DNA of 64,000 nt, from positions 64,001-128,000 of the IMG/VR virus record IMGVR_UViG_3300031603_000001. The stretch is one strand, 5' to 3'. Origin of the DNA: a virus. Shown here in pieces: positions 26,453-35,460 of the stretch. The notes beneath the pieces are model-generated. The model saw only the letters and a list, made by a program, of their open reading frames with translations. It was not told the origin of the DNA and made no database searches. Position 1 is the stretch's first letter, and the number at the start of each line of letters is the position of its first letter. Made by a program: the position numbers and the translations under genes.

Positions 26453-29005
26453 CTACAGGGTATCGATGTCAGTCGACAGCCGCATATCATTTGCCAGAAC
26501 ATACAATCTGGAGACCAGTTTCTGTTCAGGATAAATGTATTCAGCTTTATCAACCATACATATATACTCACCTGTTTTGTACCGAAAGACACTAGCATAG
26601 CTGTTTGATTCAGTACTCAATAGGTAGTCATCCAGACCGCCTTTGATTCTGTATCCGTTAATCGCGGATTGATTTAATGGTGTACACACTGCAGGTACAG
26701 CAGAGGTTAGCTTAACAGCACGAACAATAGAGCTTGCCAGAATAATCTTAGTGGCACGATATCTTTCAGCAGCTTCTTGATACAGCATATTATGCAGTCC
26801 CATCATCCGATCTTGAAATCGAAGGGCACGTGCAGCTAACTTAGCTTTACTAGGCTTACGACGTAGTGCAATAATCTTGCCGTCGGATCCCCTATTAGCT
26901 TTGTGTGTCTTACGTTTCTTAGGACGACACACTCTGTCCATTAGAGTGGAAAGCGCTAGAGGCCCAAGTCCTCTGTCCTGCTTCTTAGTAAACCAGGACG
27001 CACCCCCGCAGTGGAACGTACCGTACTTACTCTCTAGTTGAATAGACTTTCCGTCCTTAGTAGGTTCAAATTCAAATAGAATTCCACCATCCATACCAAC
27101 GTTCTGAAACTGTAACCCACGGGCTACAATGTTACGAAACGCTACAGACATCTTCGATACCTGAGAGAGGTACTCATCGAAATCTGATTGTGTATTACAC
27201 ATGAAAGCATAACGAACAACTTCTTTGAAGTCATCGTTTCTTATCTTCACACCATTAACTATAAGAGGACTGCCAATTTGATAGGTAGTGAAGCGTAACT
27301 TCACATCCCCAAGTTGTACCATCATTGCATGTATCTGATGCAGGCTGCTTTCTTTCCAACCAGCCATGGTTACCGCTTTAGGACCTTCTATTGGATATCT
27401 ATCCAAACGATGCCCACTGTACTCTTTGTATACAGTGGGAAGATGTGCCTCAACTGATGACATTACCAAGTCATAAGTTAACTTAGATATCTCAGCGCCG
27501 GAGGCGGAGTAACCAAGCACGGAACATGCGCCCATAGGTACGTTAACGATAGCAATATCATCAGAATCTTTCGAAGCCGCACCCTGACGGATAGAAATGA
27601 TAGTACCTGAGACTTCCTGTCCTTGGTACATCACACGGTTCTCTTCGTAGATCATATCATTATAGGCTAGTCTATTGTGACCATTGATACGGTCATCATA
27701 AACAGCTTTAAGACTTTTCGTAGATAATCCATGAACTCCAGAGCCACTCGCCATTTGGGCAAGACGTTGACTAGAACGTTGATTTAATACAATCAACTCA
27801 ACAGCAACATCTTTAGGCATGAAACCTGACATAGAAGAGTCAGCACTAATCATGGTTTTACCAGGCACCTCGTAAATATCTTTATCGACACTCCAATTAT
27901 AGATTGCCTTTACATTTCTACGGTTGGTACTTAAGCGGCGCGCAGTATCTCGGAGATCTTTCTGAGCCCAGTTCAATCCAGAACTTAACTCATGACCTGC
28001 CAAGGAACTTAATATCACAGTCCACTTATCGGAACTTGTATCCAAGTATGAATACATCAACTGATCAGGATCCAGAGCATTGTATAGCGCAGCCTGTGAG
28101 GAATGTACAACTAGGTACTGTTCCATACTCCCATTGATATCGTAACATCTAGTTATCCTAAGGTTGTTATCCATCGGATGTACTTTAATCTTACACTTAT
28201 GACGGTAGCTTACTATAGTAGACATCTCTCCGGTATCACCGTAGAATGCTACATTACAATTGTCCAGCTTACCAGTAGTAGTAGCGCCTCGTCTCCAGAA
28301 ATGGAAAGGCTCAACCTTACTGACAAGACGATTAACCATCTTCTCATTAGAGGTTTGTCCATCAGCATGCTGCAGCTGTACACTACCTGTTGCATCCACA
28401 TCAACGTGCACTCCTTTAACAGTGCCCAGGGTTGTTTGCAGGGTTTTAGTAGACGCTAAAGCTTCTTCAGTCTTAGCAATCCCCTTGTCGTAATCAAACT
28501 CCACCGGTACAACCAGGTGGCCATTTGGGAAATACAAACAAGGGCCTACTTTGCCTAACGTGTATGCCAGTTGCTTAAGAGCAGCCTGTTGATAGATATC
28601 ACTCCACTTAAGGATAACACCTCTTTGCATGATAGGTATAGTGAGAGCATCAGCGTTGCTGTAGCTTCTCCCAGGGTTCCTTAGAACAATCAATTCAAAC
28701 TGAAGTTGTTCTAGCTGCTTAGGATCAATGGTACCGTCGATGATTGCATCTAGATCCGCAGCGGACTTAATAAAAGGATTCTCTGAAGCAGAGACATCGA
28801 TGAATCGCAAGCCAGCTACGATCGAAGAGTTGTCTGGATTTAACAGCTTAGATATCAGCAGTATCTCGAGGGCTTTGTAGTACTCCTCGCTCTCTTCGAT
28901 GGATGTTGTGTAGTTCTGTAAGAACATAGCAATGCCAGGCATCTGCGCTAAGTGGGGTCCATCACCAACGCGCAGTGCCTCCCAATAATGTCTATTCAGT
29001 TTCAT
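26453..29005 (-). CDS. large hypothetical protein (850 aa)
   Basis: Long intact ORF between primase and the Ubl gene; no family recognised. Confidence 0.85.
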   Translation of the reverse strand: MKLNRHYWEALRVGDGPHLAQMPGIAMFLQNYTTSIEESEEYYKALEILLISKLLNPDNSSIVAGLRFIDVSASENPFIKSAADLDAIIDGTIDPKQLEQLQFELIVLRNPGRSYSNADALTIPIMQRGVILKWSDIYQQAALKQLAYTLGKVGPCLYFPNGHLVVPVEFDYDKGIAKTEEALASTKTLQTTLGTVKGVHVDVDATGSVQLQHADGQTSNEKMVNRLVSKVEPFHFWRRGATTTGKLDNCNVAFYGDTGEMSTIVSYRHKCKIKVHPMDNNLRITRCYDINGSMEQYLVVHSSQAALYNALDPDQLMYSYLDTSSDKWTVILSSLAGHELSSGLNWAQKDLRDTARRLSTNRRNVKAIYNWSVDKDIYEVPGKTMISADSSMSGFMPKDVAVELIVLNQRSSQRLAQMASGSGVHGLSTKSLKAVYDDRINGHNRLAYNDMIYEENRVMYQGQEVSGTIISIRQGAASKDSDDIAIVNVPMGACSVLGYSASGAEISKLTYDLVMSSVEAHLPTVYKEYSGHRLDRYPIEGPKAVTMAGWKESSLHQIHAMMVQLGDVKLRFTTYQIGSPLIVNGVKIRNDDFKEVVRYAFMCNTQSDFDEYLSQVSKMSVAFRNIVARGLQFQNVGMDGGILFEFEPTKDGKSIQLESKYGTFHCGGASWFTKKQDRGLGPLALSTLMDRVCRPKKRKTHKANRGSDGKIIALRRKPSKAKLAARALRFQDRMMGLHNMLYQEAAERYRATKIILASSIVRAVKLTSAVPAVCTPLNQSAINGYRIKGGLDDYLLSTESNSYASVFRYKTGEYICMVDKAEYIYPEQKLVSRLYVLANDMRLSTDIDTL

Positions 29006-30275
29006 GAACGTTCACCGTGATACCCAGCTTTAAAGTGTTAGGGTCTGCTTCACTTATGGTTTGGAGTAGCACCTGTAGGCGCCATCTCTGGTATAATTGT
29101 TCTTCTTTCTCTACAGCAGCTTCGACCTCCTCAATAGAGATCTCTGTCATGTAAGAAAGTGCGGCAATATAACGAGGCCTCAGCAGAGGACTAGCCTTAG
29201 CAATTAACCTGCAGGCTTCCACCATCTGTTGTCTATTACGATACGCCCCATTAATTAACTCCCATCCAAATAGATCCCACTCTTCAAGGTTAAGGAATGC
29301 TTCCATACCTTTCTTTTTAATGTAATCATCTGGGTCTGACTCCTTAGGAATCAATATGGCAGTAGCATTAGGGAGCAATGCCAACAGCTTGGTAGCCTTA
29401 GTAACACCACCCTTGTCACCGTCAAATGCGATGACAACTTTAGGAAAAGCTTTTAGTACCTCAACTTGCCCATCAGTTACATTATTTGATAGTACTCCTA
29501 TCGTATTAGGTAACTTGTTTGTGCAAGCGGTGATAACATCTGTTTGACCTTCCATCATGTATAACACTTCGTAATGCTTAGCGCGTGACATGTTATAGAA
29601 CGTACGACCTTTATTAAACACCTCATTGTTAGGACTATTAATGTACTTAGATAAGTCTTCGCCTTTAGATTTCTCTGAGACCCGACCACTGAATGCAATG
29701 GGTACACCATTGTAATCACGCAGTGTGAACATCATTCGTTCATTACCGTACAACTCTTTGTTACGTAAGCCTGCTTTCCACACCGCCTGCTTACCGTACT
29801 GGGTCTCCGCAGCCTTAAGCAAGGCCTCGTACCCTATAATCCAACCAATTCCGTACCGCTTAGCTACTTTAGGTGTGTAACCTCTCTTAGCTAAGAGATC
29901 CTCATATCCTTCTGAACTTAAGTTCTGAGAGATGAGACGGTATACACCTTTGATCTGCTGGGATACTGATAGTTGCCTTCCTTTAGGGGGACTGTATGGA
30001 ATACCATATCGATCCGCTAAGGTCTGCACTGTTGTCTCCATGAAGCCTGGGCCACCTGGCTCAGGTAATCCTTCGAGGAACGCGGCCAGATGGAAGATAT
30101 TACCACCCATGCCGCAGCCGAAGCAGTGCCAAATAGGCCCACTCACGTGGAAGGACGGACCAGTGTCGTCATGTATTGGGCAACGGCCCAATGAAGAACT
30201 GTTAAGAGCGATACCCATTTCCCGTAGGTAATCAGGTAACTTCTCACCAAGTGCTTTAATCACATCAACAGCCAT
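28992..30275 (-). CDS. dnaG: DnaG-type DNA primase
   Basis: CHC2 Zn finger CPIHDD...WHCFGC, KYINSP, TOPRIM EGQTD...FDGDKGG...DPDDY. Confidence 0.92.
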   Translation of the reverse strand: MAVDVIKALGEKLPDYLREMGIALNSSSLGRCPIHDDTGPSFHVSGPIWHCFGCGMGGNIFHLAAFLEGLPEPGGPGFMETTVQTLADRYGIPYSPPKGRQLSVSQQIKGVYRLISQNLSSEGYEDLLAKRGYTPKVAKRYGIGWIIGYEALLKAAETQYGKQAVWKAGLRNKELYGNERMMFTLRDYNGVPIAFSGRVSEKSKGEDLSKYINSPNNEVFNKGRTFYNMSRAKHYEVLYMMEGQTDVITACTNKLPNTIGVLSNNVTDGQVEVLKAFPKVVIAFDGDKGGVTKATKLLALLPNATAILIPKESDPDDYIKKKGMEAFLNLEEWDLFGWELINGAYRNRQQMVEACRLIAKASPLLRPRYIAALSYMTEISIEEVEAAVEKEEQLYQRWRLQVLLQTISEADPNTLKLGITVNVHETE

Positions 30276-30286
30276 TCAAATTGTCC

Positions 30287-31057
30287 TTATGTAAGTTTAT
30301 TGATTACACGAGAGGAGAGTTCATTCTCTACTGGACTCTGTAAACAAAGGATCACTTCTTCTAGCTCATATTTTGAGAGTGATGCTTTTAATTGAAGAAT
30401 CTCTAGGGTCATCTGAATGATTTCCCCATCAGGTCCTTCTGCACCTTCGCCAGTGCCATCGGTAGGTGTACCAACAGCTTTGAACTGATCAATATACTCA
30501 GTAGGGTGACACCATACATCCATATACAACCAGGACTTCTTAATGAACTCCTCTGTGTGTGGGATCTTCGCTACTAAGACAGGTAACGACTCTTCGAAAT
30601 CCATAGGCCTACCTGCTTCTGCAGTCAAGTCATTCATGATCTTATGAATCTTGAATACTACCTGCTGCATCAGTGGTGTACCTTGAGGTATGAGTTGATC
30701 ATACTTCTGTAGATAACGAAAGAGCGTCGTCTTGATCTCTCGGGTATAATATGTTGTTAACCTATACCCAGAGTCTAATTTATAATCCTCAAGCTTCTCT
30801 ATGAATCTTAGTACAGCTACCTGTAAGAGATCTAAATGAGAAAGACCGTGATACTTATTGTCATTGGGGTAAACTCCACGGACAAGCTTAGCCAGGTACA
30901 CCATGTGGTATTGAGTCAGCTCCTTAAGAGCTGTTCTCTTCTCCGCATCGGTACCCGTTAGAAATGCAGTCATGCATTCCAGCTCGTGGCCAGCTTCCAT
31001 ACGTTGCTTACCTGCTGAAAGTTTATGTAAAACCTTCGTGAATTCACCAGGGGTCAT
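30287..31057 (-). CDS. sigma-70-family phage sigma factor
   Basis: Region 2 pattern DLLQVAVLRFIEKLEDYKLDSGYRLTTY. Confidence 0.75.
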   Translation of the reverse strand: MTPGEFTKVLHKLSAGKQRMEAGHELECMTAFLTGTDAEKRTALKELTQYHMVYLAKLVRGVYPNDNKYHGLSHLDLLQVAVLRFIEKLEDYKLDSGYRLTTYYTREIKTTLFRYLQKYDQLIPQGTPLMQQVVFKIHKIMNDLTAEAGRPMDFEESLPVLVAKIPHTEEFIKKSWLYMDVWCHPTEYIDQFKAVGTPTDGTGEGAEGPDGEIIQMTLEILQLKASLSKYELEEVILCLQSPVENELSSRVINKLT

Positions 31058-34000
31058 GCAGCTTTCTCCAACTTAATAGTGTGAACCTTCTCTCCCTTAG
31101 AAAGGGTCTTCACACGCAGCTCAGGCTCCGCTGTTAGCCTTACTGGCACAACACCAGGGGCAACAACATTCATGTAGTCATACATGGCTTGTGCCATCTC
31201 ACGTTCATCAACGAGTCTGTATTCTAATACAACCTCGTCGTGAATTAGATTAGTAATGTACACATCTCTGCCATCAAAGTGTCTAGACAACTGTCCCATC
31301 ACCTTCTTGGCAACGTTAGCGCCGGGCCCTTGGATCAGGAAGTTCAGAGCTGATAAGGTGTTATCCACAAAAGGAGTGTGTCTTACACGTCCATAAATGT
31401 TAACTAACTTACGTTTAACCTTAAGCTCTCTCTTCTTATCATCAAGGAATGCTTTAACACCAGGAAACAACTCGTACCAAGCAGCGATGTCCCCCTCTGC
31501 ATCTTCAAAGGTCTTGTCAACCAGACCCATGTTACGATACGTCGTGTACAATCCTGCCGGCCCTGAGCCGTACATGATACCGAAGTTAACCGGTTTAGCA
31601 TTCTTACGTTTCTTTTTAGCAGCAATTTTAATCAATGGATCTTTCGAATGCATATCAATAAAGATTTGCTGAGGAGTAGTATCGTTAATTTTAGCTGCGG
31701 TCACTGTATGGAGGTCTCCCTCTGGATCCGGGCCAAACTTAGCGTCTTCCTTCTTACAAGTAGGACAAGCATTGACGCCTGTCTTCCTGTATTTAATAGG
31801 AGCCGTAGCACAGCACGTGCTTACGATACGAGATTGATCATCACGAATCTGTACCAAACGCGTCAAGACAGGACAGCCTGAGGCTGCTGCCATTAGCGAT
31901 ACTTCTTGAGCATCCCAATCCGCTTTGGCAAAGTAGTACCCAGCATGTGGTGTATACATACGACGAGCGTCGTACATATGGATCTTAGTGACCTCAGTGC
32001 ATATTGTACATGTCCACCTACTCTGGGTTACATCTGTTTTAGAATTGATATCATCAAATACGACACTACAATGTCCGCACTTCTCTGGACGTTCGGGTAC
32101 TTCTGCAGTTAAATTCTGCAGGTTTGGATCGATAGAGGATGTCCTTCCACTAGCCGCACCGTTAGGTTTCAGACTACCATGGATAATATCCTGGTAAGCC
32201 TTCATCTCTGTTGCAACAAGCTTAGCGTCGATAGGATCCGGAGGTGTGTCCCAACTAGGAACAATCTCTCCGTATATCACACGCCAACCGGCGGTATATA
32301 CTGCCTTTACCTTTCCAGTAACAGGTTCAATGCCTGCAATTACATTGTAAGACATAGTCTCCACGAACCGTTCTACCTTCAGTGTTTCCACGTAAGTAGA
32401 CAGAAGCTTATCAACCTTCTTAGTCGTGTTCAATGTAAGCATCCATGCATCAAATTCATCAGGTGTCCACTTAGAAAGTACAGTAGTACCCTTAGTGATA
32501 GCGGCCTTATACTCTTGTCGATAGAACCTAATTAGGTTAGCCCGAGCAACAGAGTCAAACTTCTCCCCGTATTCCTCTTCAAACCTGCCAAAGAATGTGG
32601 GATCCAGAAACATGGAGATGAGATTCTTCTTGATCTCTGCGTCCTTGTTTATGCTCAGCACAGGGGCGCCCAATTCTGACAACTTGTTTAGCAAACCCTG
32701 TCGGTCTTCCCTCAGTACGTGCTTAAGTTTAGTACGATACCTCTGGTCAAATCCCATTCCGCGCTGGTTAAGATCCATAGCTACCAGGGCGACTTCCATT
32801 TCCTCAGGATAAATCTGAGACAATAGCTTGCCGGCGGTAAACGCATCGGATTCTTTCTTAACCTTAGCATAAAACAACTGAGTTAGCTCCCAGGTATCCA
32901 CTGCGTCATCTGCAGCATACTCAAGTGAGTCCTCAGGTGTTACGAATTCAAACGTCACACTCTCATTACCAGTTACTTCAGCATAGGTCTTACGAGTCCT
33001 ATCCAGAAAAGTACGGGCACCGTTCTTCAACGTGCGAGCGTATGACTTATCTTTACTATCTTTATCTGATATATTCTCATCAATGAGATACCAGAGAGTC
33101 CATGCATCATGCCACATAGGCACGTCATGTTCATCTCGATAGAAGATCTTACTAATATCAAAACCACTAGCCTTTAGTACACCGTAGTCGAAACCAACGT
33201 TGAACCAGCAGGTAGCGGGTTTATTCTCAAGGATTTTATACACCGCACGTTTCAGCCAATCCAACGGAAGGTTGGTAGGTTGCTTACCCATGAAGTTTCG
33301 TGGGTCTAAGCGGTGAGCCACCGGTACGTAGTACCCGCGTTCCTTACCTTTAGCAAATGACATACCAACTATTTGAAACTTGGAATGCCATGTACGTAAA
33401 TCATTAGTCTCTGTATCAATACCAATTAGATTAGCATCCTTACTCAGGTCTTCGACCATAGCTATCAGCTTCTCTTTAGTATCAACAAGAATGTACTCAC
33501 GTTTAAATTGTTCTCTCTTAGTAACTGTGACTTCCCTGTCTTTGTATACTTCAGTATTCTCCGCCAGCCATTCCTTTAGAATAGTAAACTGACGTTTAAT
33601 CTCTGTGTACATAGAAGTAGAGGATATCATTGCAGTAATGTTATTCATTACATAACAAGGGTACTCGCGACCACCTATGTTAAAGGTCTCGAGCCTGCCT
33701 ATCTTATACTTCTGGCGTCCCAGTACAGTCTTAGCAGACTGTGCTCCTAAGAATACTACGATCTCCGGCTCAACCATAGCAATTTCACTAAGTAAATGAA
33801 GACCACAAGTTCTCATATCCTTAGACGTTACACGCTGTTCGATGTTACCACGACACTTAACCAGGTTCGTTAGGTAACAGTCATTCTTTGTAGATAACTG
33901 TAAGTATTTCTGAATGAACTTGTCAGCTTGCATGCCACCCTGTGCAGTAAAAGGTTCACTGGATTTATGTTCATCAGGTAGCACAGTGTTACCAACAAAC

Positions 34001-34146
34001 ATTACCCTGCCATTCCCACGGGATACGACAGGATATAGAAAGCTGTTTGCCAGGGTAGCTGACATGTTACAGTTATTACATGACGTACGTGAAAGTTTCT
34101 CTCTCCACGTATTCAGCTTCTCTAGATTTCTAATGGTGACTGACAC
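31054..34146 (-). CDS. polA: family A DNA polymerase with N-terminal UDG-like domain and 3'-5' exonuclease
   Basis: UDG-like CNNC/YLTNLVKCR/IVFLG; Exo IDTET, FNVGFD, YAADD; SGRTSSIDPNLQN; motif B AKPVNFGIMYG; motif C IHDE. Confidence 0.93.
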   Translation of the reverse strand: MSVTIRNLEKLNTWREKLSRTSCNNCNMSATLANSFLYPVVSRGNGRVMFVGNTVLPDEHKSSEPFTAQGGMQADKFIQKYLQLSTKNDCYLTNLVKCRGNIEQRVTSKDMRTCGLHLLSEIAMVEPEIVVFLGAQSAKTVLGRQKYKIGRLETFNIGGREYPCYVMNNITAMISSTSMYTEIKRQFTILKEWLAENTEVYKDREVTVTKREQFKREYILVDTKEKLIAMVEDLSKDANLIGIDTETNDLRTWHSKFQIVGMSFAKGKERGYYVPVAHRLDPRNFMGKQPTNLPLDWLKRAVYKILENKPATCWFNVGFDYGVLKASGFDISKIFYRDEHDVPMWHDAWTLWYLIDENISDKDSKDKSYARTLKNGARTFLDRTRKTYAEVTGNESVTFEFVTPEDSLEYAADDAVDTWELTQLFYAKVKKESDAFTAGKLLSQIYPEEMEVALVAMDLNQRGMGFDQRYRTKLKHVLREDRQGLLNKLSELGAPVLSINKDAEIKKNLISMFLDPTFFGRFEEEYGEKFDSVARANLIRFYRQEYKAAITKGTTVLSKWTPDEFDAWMLTLNTTKKVDKLLSTYVETLKVERFVETMSYNVIAGIEPVTGKVKAVYTAGWRVIYGEIVPSWDTPPDPIDAKLVATEMKAYQDIIHGSLKPNGAASGRTSSIDPNLQNLTAEVPERPEKCGHCSVVFDDINSKTDVTQSRWTCTICTEVTKIHMYDARRMYTPHAGYYFAKADWDAQEVSLMAAASGCPVLTRLVQIRDDQSRIVSTCCATAPIKYRKTGVNACPTCKKEDAKFGPDPEGDLHTVTAAKINDTTPQQIFIDMHSKDPLIKIAAKKKRKNAKPVNFGIMYGSGPAGLYTTYRNMGLVDKTFEDAEGDIAAWYELFPGVKAFLDDKKRELKVKRKLVNIYGRVRHTPFVDNTLSALNFLIQGPGANVAKKVMGQLSRHFDGRDVYITNLIHDEVVLEYRLVDEREMAQAMYDYMNVVAPGVVPVRLTAEPELRVKTLSKGEKVHTIKLEKAA

Positions 34147-34531
34147 TAGCAGCCTCAGTTAGAACTTCCTGCGCTTTAGGCCGATTCAAATACAGAATCT
34201 TGTGACCGTCGTGCGGAGTGATTCGAGTGATACGTACCAAAGGAATCCGGTACAAATGCTCACCGATAACAGTGCCATCAGTGAGAACCTTGTCGGCTAA
34301 CACAGCACTAAGGTTATCGAATGGAGTAGCATCTTTTATTTCTACTATCTTATACAGACCATTGCCGCGAATGACACCACTGTCATCTGGTACACTGACT
34401 GAAGACTCAGCCTGTACATGATAGACACGGAATGTTTCACCAACCTTTAGGACATCTAAGACTTTCTGTCCTACCTTAAGACCGGCTGTTTCGTATACTT
34501 GGAGTGCAGTTGGGCGTGATTGATATAACAT
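34130..34531 (-). CDS. hypothetical protein (beta-rich)
   Basis: 133-aa ORF in chain. Confidence 0.65.
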   Translation of the reverse strand: MLYQSRPTALQVYETAGLKVGQKVLDVLKVGETFRVYHVQAESSVSVPDDSGVIRGNGLYKIVEIKDATPFDNLSAVLADKVLTDGTVIGEHLYRIPLVRITRITPHDGHKILYLNRPKAQEVLTEAASVSHH

Positions 34532-34537
34532 AATACC

Positions 34538-34891
34538 TTATCCGTTGCGATACTCATTCATGAACAGAGTAGCAACTGTTTGTGCGTCCTTGCGTGCAAT
34601 TTCAATCTGACGTTGCATTTGGTCGCCTGCTTTAAGTAAATCCACATCCTTACCGTACGCTGATGATAGCACTGCTCGTACATTGAATGCTCTGACCTCA
34701 TTAGAGAGCTCAGCTAATTCAAGTACAGCCTCACCTATGATAACATGTTCTCTGCTCCGAAGATCATTTAAACATTTGTTAATCTTAGCCTTAAGCTGCA
34801 GTGCGTACTTCTGTAACTGTTTATAAATCTCACGACGTGCATTCAGGTCATCCCCGAATGCAGTCGTTAGATCAAACTTCTCTTCAGCCAT
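34538..34891 (-). CDS. hypothetical helical protein
   Basis: 117-aa ORF in chain. Confidence 0.65.
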   Translation of the reverse strand: MAEEKFDLTTAFGDDLNARREIYKQLQKYALQLKAKINKCLNDLRSREHVIIGEAVLELAELSNEVRAFNVRAVLSSAYGKDVDLLKAGDQMQRQIEIARKDAQTVATLFMNEYRNG

Positions 34892-35448
34892 TAGATCTTT
34901 GGCTCCTCAAATGAGGTGGCTGGAGGAGTAGCAGCAGGCTTACCGCTGAGGTCGTGTTGTTTAACAAACTCCACGTCCAAAGCTTCGGGCCAACCGTACA
35001 ATGAGGGAATAACAGATTCAGATAGAATCTTAAGTAGCAACAGGTCGGGCCCGCTTACTACTATATTCTGAAACTCCGAAGCCTCCCCCTTCTTAACATT
35101 GATTGTAATACCAATGCCGCCGTTACCTACCGCCTTCGCAGACATAGTCTTAACGACCTTGCCTTTGTTAACACTGCCGGCGCCGGGATCATGGATGGCT
35201 TTGAATCCAGCCTCAGTTTTGAGGGCAGGAAACATTGACACCATCTCTAAGGGATTGAGTGCTATCACTACTTTCTTATCCCAGTCATAGGCAAGACGGC
35301 CTTTTGCAGGGGCAATCTCTATAAAGAATGAGCCAGTTTTGGCTACACTATAATGACCGTTAGATCCGAGCTCCCATTGGGCGCGCATAGGTGATACACG
35401 TAAAGCTGCTTTGTTTCTGAACACTGTGTGTTGTTGTGGAAACTTCAA
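34891..35448 (-). CDS. Whirly-domain ssDNA-binding protein
   Basis: HTVFRNKAAL, IAPAKGRLAYDWDKK, HDP..G...GKV.K, IPSLYGW are collinear with recalled plant WHY1/WHY2 motifs. Confidence 0.8.
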   Translation of the reverse strand: MKFPQQHTVFRNKAALRVSPMRAQWELGSNGHYSVAKTGSFFIEIAPAKGRLAYDWDKKVVIALNPLEMVSMFPALKTEAGFKAIHDPGAGSVNKGKVVKTMSAKAVGNGGIGITINVKKGEASEFQNIVVSGPDLLLLKILSESVIPSLYGWPEALDVEFVKQHDLSGKPAATPPATSFEEPKI

Positions 35449-35460
35449 GTAAGTTTCTCC

